DNA from: the human T2T-CHM13v2.0 reference genome, Homo sapiens
Reading direction: 5' to 3' (one strand)
Length of the DNA: 64,000 nucleotides
Assembly: GCF_009914755.1 (NCBI RefSeq)
Contig: NC_060925.1
The notes beneath the pieces are model-generated. The model had not been told where the DNA came from. It worked only from the letters and a program-made list of their open reading frames with translations, and did not search any database. Position numbers and translations under genes: made by a program. This document shows positions 58,689 to 64,000 of the stretch, one piece after another (position 1 is the stretch's first letter; each line of letters begins with the position of its first letter).

Positions 58689-59417
58689 CTCCTCCTCGCG
58701 CCTCCATGCCGCCTCCCACTGCTCCAGCTCCTTGCAGCTGAGAGTCCAGTCACTGGTCACCTTTCGTATCTCCTCACTCAGAGCCTGCTTGGCCAAACCT
58801 GCCTGGTCCAGCTGTTCTCAGAGCATGGCATTCACCTGGGCCAGGCTGGCACTCCTGAATGGGGCACAGGGGATCAGTAGGCGCTCGCCCAGGGGGCCAT
58901 GCTGCGAGCCCTGGCCCTCCCTGCTGCTCCTCCTCCAGCCAGATGAGGGCAATCTCCAGGTCTTGGCTGTGCTCTGCGTCCTGGGTGGCAGAGAGGTTAA
59001 AGCATCAGGCTGGGCAGGTGGAGGGCAGGGCCTGCCTCTGCCCCACCCTGGCACCCACCCTCAGCTGCTGCTGCTCCAGCTCTCCGGATCTCTCCAACAG
59101 CTGCTCCAGCTCCGAGAACCTCTTCTTGTACTGGAGAATCTGGGGATTGGGAGCTGATGGTGAGCCCCAGGGGTGGGGGCAGGGCAAAGTGAACACGTGG
59201 GAGGGAAAGAGCAGGAATGGGTGGCCCTGACCTTGCCCTGCAGCCGCTGCACAAGCTGGGCCTGCCGCTGCTGGCCCTCCAGGTAGGCCTGCAGCTTGTG
59301 CCACTAGGAGGCCTGCTCCTCCTGCAGCTGCCTCCACAACTCCACGCTCTGGAGTACCAGCCCCCTGGGCTCTTGCGTCTCCAGCTCACCAGATTCCAGC
59401 CACAGAGCCTGCTCCAG
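58689..59417 (-). pseudogene. CROCC: Second CROCC fragment, exons ~4-7
   Basis: Exons: 59232-59417 (TAG at 59304-59306), 59059-59139 (ILQYKKRFSELEQLLERSGELEQQQLR), ~58920-58980 (donor lost), and 58689-58854 (SASLAQVNAML*EQLDQ...EAAWRREEE; TGA at 58818-58820). Confidence 0.9.
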
Positions 59418-60136
59418 CTGCAGGGAAGGGCCCTGGGTGAGAGTCCTGGGCCTCCTGGGAAGGCAGGCTCAGGCCTCTGTAGGGGATGGCAGGCTGGGCC
59501 CAGACCCACAATGCCTTGTAGGCTGATAGCCTGGCGCCCTGGGGAGCAGCACATGTGGGCAAGCCCAGGGGCAGTGCACGTGTGCATGGGGTGATGCAGC
59601 CATGCACGGGCACGCAGATGGGGCATGCATGGACACATGCAGGTGAGCCCACAAACCCAAACCATGCAAGCAAAGCTCAAAGGTGCACCTGGGGTCTACG
59701 TCAGGGGCCTCAGTACACCATGTGCCTCTCCTCCAGAACACTTAGCCCTGTCGTGGTTTCTGTTTATTACATTGATGCCTGTGTCTTCCCACCATGCCCC
59801 CACCCCAGTGTGAGCTCAGAAAGCCTGGATTTTTTGTTCCTCATTGTATCTTAGTGCTATAATGGTGGCTATGGAATGGGATGGCTCACGCTCAGTAAAT
59901 ATTTCTTGTGATGGTGAATTAATGGCATGAGCTCATGGGAATACATTCAAACAGAGGTGTCAATCCGCCTATGCATATCTGAGCTTAAAAATATGCACAC
60001 ACATAACACATACAGGCAACCTCAAACATCCCCAGGGGGACACGAAGGACCCCCCTCATATACACAGCATTAAGATTTGTAAGAGGTGCACACAGATGTT
60101 GCCCTATACGGCGCCTGCATATTAATGCCCACTTCT

Positions 60137-60473
<337 letters not shown>

Positions 60474-61315
60474 TCTCATGGGCTGAGCGAGGGGACCCCG
60501 GCTGGTGGAGGGACAGCTGCGCCCTGCAGGCCGCTGCGTCCGGGCAGATCCCGGCCTCTTGTCGTGCCCCCGGCCCGCGACAACCCGGGCAGGATGGGCA
60601 GCAGGACGCGGCGGGGCATCCGCGGAGCCCGTCGGGAACGCTCTCTTGGCCTCCGGTGCCGGGCAGCGGTGGGTGCGGCACCCACAGTGCCCACAGCGCC
60701 CCCAGCCCTGGGACGTGGCTCCAGCCCACCCCCAGGCAGGCGGCCTCCTTCGCCGGGAGCACGTCGCCTGGGCAACATGGAGAAACTTCAACTCTTAAAA
60801 AAACAAGACAGCCACCACAACAACAAAAACAAGAACAGAAATTAGCCGGCTGTGGTGACTCGTGCCTCTGCTACTCCAGAGGCTGAGGTGGGAGGATCGA
60901 TTCAACCAAGATACAGTGAGACTGTCTCTCAGAGAAAAAGTCAAACAAACAAAAAAAGAGACTGTGTAAGAGGTGACTCTGGGGACAGTGGAAAAACACT
61001 AAGGTTTTCAAGTGGTGTTAAAAGCCACTAGGCCTTGGGGACCATTGAGCAATCTACAAAGCACGGAAGCCTAGATCCCTGAGCTCTGCCTGCCAAGTAC
61101 CACCACAGCTAACATGGGAGACCTCCCCCACAGAGACTGAAATTTGCCTCCCGAGGAAACAAGTGACTACAGACATCTGTCCCAGGACAGTAAACAAGAA
61201 AACAAGGTCTCACAAAAACAAAAACAGCTGACCACAGCATACAATCACTGAGACCGAGCCTGCGACTATAGGCGAAAAAAAAAAAATGCTGTCCATTATT
61301 CATACCATGAAAGAC

Positions 61316-61916
61316 CAGGAGAAAGTGCGAACGCAGTCCCCTACTACTGTTGTGGGAATCAGGAGAACAGAGAGACCAATGGGTGGAACAGGAGGATTTA
61401 TTGACTGCACTGAGGCCCAGCAGATGAAAATCCAAAGGCTGAGCCCCGAACAAAGACAGGGCTTAACTTTATACACACTTCTGAAAGGGGGTTGGCTAGT
61501 TTGAATGGCGCGGCGGGAATTTGATGGCATGAAACTCGGGGGCAGGCAAGAGGGCTTATAGAAGCAGAACAAAGGCAGCTAATCAAACTGTCACAGGTCT
61601 TGCAATGCAAGTATAGCTGGTGACCTTGCAGCTGCACTGAAGGGAAATCGGGAACTTAACAAAACTTGAATAATTAGAAATGGAAAGGGGGAAAGAGAAG
61701 GTAGTAAAGGCATTTGTTGTTTTTTCCTCTTATCTTTGCTAGGGGCTGACTGTGTTGAGAGAGTCTCCGGAACTCATTCCTCGGGGCTCTGACTTTTCAG
61801 ATCGTGTTACCGAGGATCTGCTAGGGCTCTATCTATGGCAGGTCTTGGAGTCAGCCAAGTACAGGGAAACCTGTCTTTTCCTTTTAACTTCTGCCTTATT
61901 ACTACAAGTTATGCAG
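61316..61916 (-). pseudogene. 3' remnant of a U1 snRNA (variant) gene split by an LTR: pieces 61316-61347 and 61903-61916
   Basis: caggagaaagtgcgaacgcagtcccctactac is the reverse complement of the U1 3' stem-loop with 3 mismatches. tacaagttatgcag continues U1 on the far side of the LTR. A 3'-box-like GTATGAATAATGGA lies 10 nt downstream. Confidence 0.85.
61348..61898 (-). mobile_element. Solo ERV LTR (~550 bp), family not determined
   Basis: Minus strand ends ...GATTCCCACAACA with AATAAA about 50 nt upstream (61397-61402). Imperfect 4-bp TSD ctac/ttac. It interrupts the U1 sequence. Confidence 0.8.
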
Positions 61917-62479
61917 CACACCATGCCTGGTTTTCATCAGCAATGTTTCCTGAGGTTACAGAAAGATTTCTAATCCTGGGAGGAAACACTCCCTTGAAGC
62001 AAAAGTGTTCTCCCCCAAAAAATGCAAGGAGCTATCGTCTTGATAGCCAGGCAGATAATTCTCAGGTTTTGCCCCACAGAATCTCTATCTAAAATACAGC
62101 AGTGGTCATGCCTAGTGAAAAGTTTGAGGGAACTCACCCAATGTTGGGTTTCTTCAGAGCCATATATATAGATATAACCAAATATCCTAAAAGACACTGC
62201 CCTTCATCATTCCATGCTGTTAGACATTTACAGGACCATGGATGGTGATCTCCTCCAGACAAAAATAAATGCTGGTGCAGAACAGGTAAGTGTATTATAA
62301 TTTGAGTACATCAGCTTTTGGGCATTTTAAACCATGGGTCAGACATGTTAGAGCAAGAGGCCAGGTTGATAGCAAGAGGGAGTGTTTTTCTTTTAATTTG
62401 TCAATAGCAAAGTGATGTTTGCCACTGTCATTTCAGAGTGAGGCGACAATTTGTTGTTGTTTGGTTTTGTGGGTTTTTG

Positions 62480-63070
62480 TTTGTTTGTTTGTTTGTTTTT
62501 GAGACAAGGTCTCACTGTCACCCAGGCTGGAGTACAGTGGCATGATCAGGGTTTACTCCTGCCTTGACCTCATGAATTCAAGCAAACCTCCTTACTAATC
62601 CTCCCGAGTAGCTGGGACTACAGGCACGTGACCCCACACCCTGGGGTGTGAACTGGGATTTGATGTTTTCAGTTGGCTCTCTAATGGAATAGGTTCCCTT
62701 ACTCTTCTAGAATCAGATTGTCTTCATGATTATCATTCTTGTGTGCATTATATTTCTACTACCCTGCTATTTTTTTTTCTATTTTTCTTTTTTCTTTTTA
62801 TTTTTTTCTTTGTGAGACAGAGTCTCGCTCTGTCTCCCAGGCTGTATTGCAGTGGCAGGATCTCAGCTCACTGCAACCTCCACCTCCTGGGTTCAAGCAA
62901 TTCTTTTGCTTCAGCCTCCTGAGTAGCCACCTGGCTAATTTTTGTATTTTTAGTGGAGACAGGGTTTCACCATGTTGGCAGGCTGGTCTCGATCTCCTGA
63001 CCTCAAGTGATTCACCCGCCTCAGCCTCCCAAAGTGCTGGGATTATAGGCATGAACTACCACACCTGGCT
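62480..63070 (-). mobile_element. Antisense Alus (~62480-62640 partial, ~62770-63070)
   Basis: Alu consensus. Confidence 0.85.
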
Positions 63071-63079
63071 CTCAAACCA

Positions 63080-63830
63080 TTTTAGTTAAGCAAAGACAGA
63101 TTTGTCTGGCTTTTTAGTACAATGCTGAATTATCCTCCAATCTATATTTTTAGGAAGGACCTGGGGAATGGCAACTTGGAGATATTTGGTGAAAATGTGA
63201 GCCTTTCATGTTCTGCTTCAGTCCCTTTTTGAAAATCCTTCCAATTTACCTTTTGCAACCAGTTAGTGGCCTTCCCTTCTTCACCAGCATGTGAATTAAT
63301 TGATAAAGATCAGAATATTTGGGCTCAAAGGTTTCAACAGTTAAGTCAAATTTTCTGCCAAAGCCTACAGGATCTTGGAGCCTGCTTTAGAAACAGAAGA
63401 GTGAAATGTATTTAAGTTTAGATCAGGGAAGTCCTTTATAATATTCTTAATTCACGTTTTGGTGAAGTGGTATACACAACGGTAGGCTCCCCTCTTCCTG
63501 TGGGTTTGGGTTTTACCTTGAAAGGGGCTGTCAGAACAGAAGTTTCAGGGAAGGGACCAGATCCCTGGGGACTTTCCTTAGGTGATGGTGATGGAAGAAG
63601 AGGCAAGGCAGGACAGGAAGGCTCAGGTAAGAAAGACTATGCAGGTGCAGGGGCAGGAGGAGAAGGAGCAGTTGGAGGTGAAAGAGAGAAAGCCTCCTCA
63701 ATATTTCTCAATTCAGAAAACATGACAGTTTACCTCCTTCAGCTTACTTCCTCAATGGAGGCAATTTTCTCAGTTCTTTTAGAAATTTTAGAAATTTAGA
63801 CATTTCTAGGTCTCATTGGAATTAAGTCTC
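63080..63830 (-). mobile_element. Degenerate ERV1-class internal (gag-like) fragment
   Basis: Minus-strand translation gives a Pro-rich stretch (PPTAPSPPAPAPA), then APFKVKPKP...PTVVYT and NWLQKVNWKDF, with stops and frameshifts. This resembles gammaretrovirus-like p12/capsid. Confidence 0.6.
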
Positions 63831-64000
63831 CTATTTAATTTGTCTGGTTCGAAAACCAAATTTCTCTCTCTCTTTTTTTTTTTTTGAGACAGGGTCACCC
63901 AGACTGGAGTGCAGTGGTGTGATCTCCGCTTACTGCACTCACCACTTGCTGCATGACAGCCAATAAGTCGAGGGTTGAGGTGTAGGGGCAGGGAAGGTGA

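Overview
This is human (primate) genomic DNA, not microbial. It is a segmental-duplication mosaic whose content and order match the 1p36.13 NBPF1/CROCCP2/MST1P2 block; the exact paralogous copy or haplotype cannot be fixed without alignment. From left to right: (1) 1-17.7 kb, the 5' non-coding end of an NBPF gene on the minus strand (CpG-island promoter, two UTR exons, repeat-rich intron). (2) About 22.3-35.6 kb, an unprocessed rootletin (CROCC) pseudogene on the minus strand, covering roughly exons 9-22. (3) About 40-52.5 kb, a duplicated copy of the RNF123/MST1 head-to-head locus, with RNF123 exons 1-3 on minus and a complete but disabled 18-exon MST1 copy on plus. (4) 52.5-58.66 kb, an unrelated AT-rich block. 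(5) 58.66-59.4 kb, CROCC exons ~4-7. (6) A CpG-rich fragment, a U1 snRNA remnant split by a solo LTR, and an ERV gag remnant. I find no intact protein-coding gene, tRNA, rRNA or CRISPR array. The most notable observations are a phase-compatible RNF123::CROCC fusion unit, a chain of exon-like fossils with a coding-type substitution pattern inside the NBPF intron, a candidate signal-peptide/Cys-motif two-exon remnant, and several template-switch scars (micro-inversions, a fold-back, a templated duplication). Comparisons to parent genes are from my recollection of those sequences, not from a search, and exon numbers are approximate.
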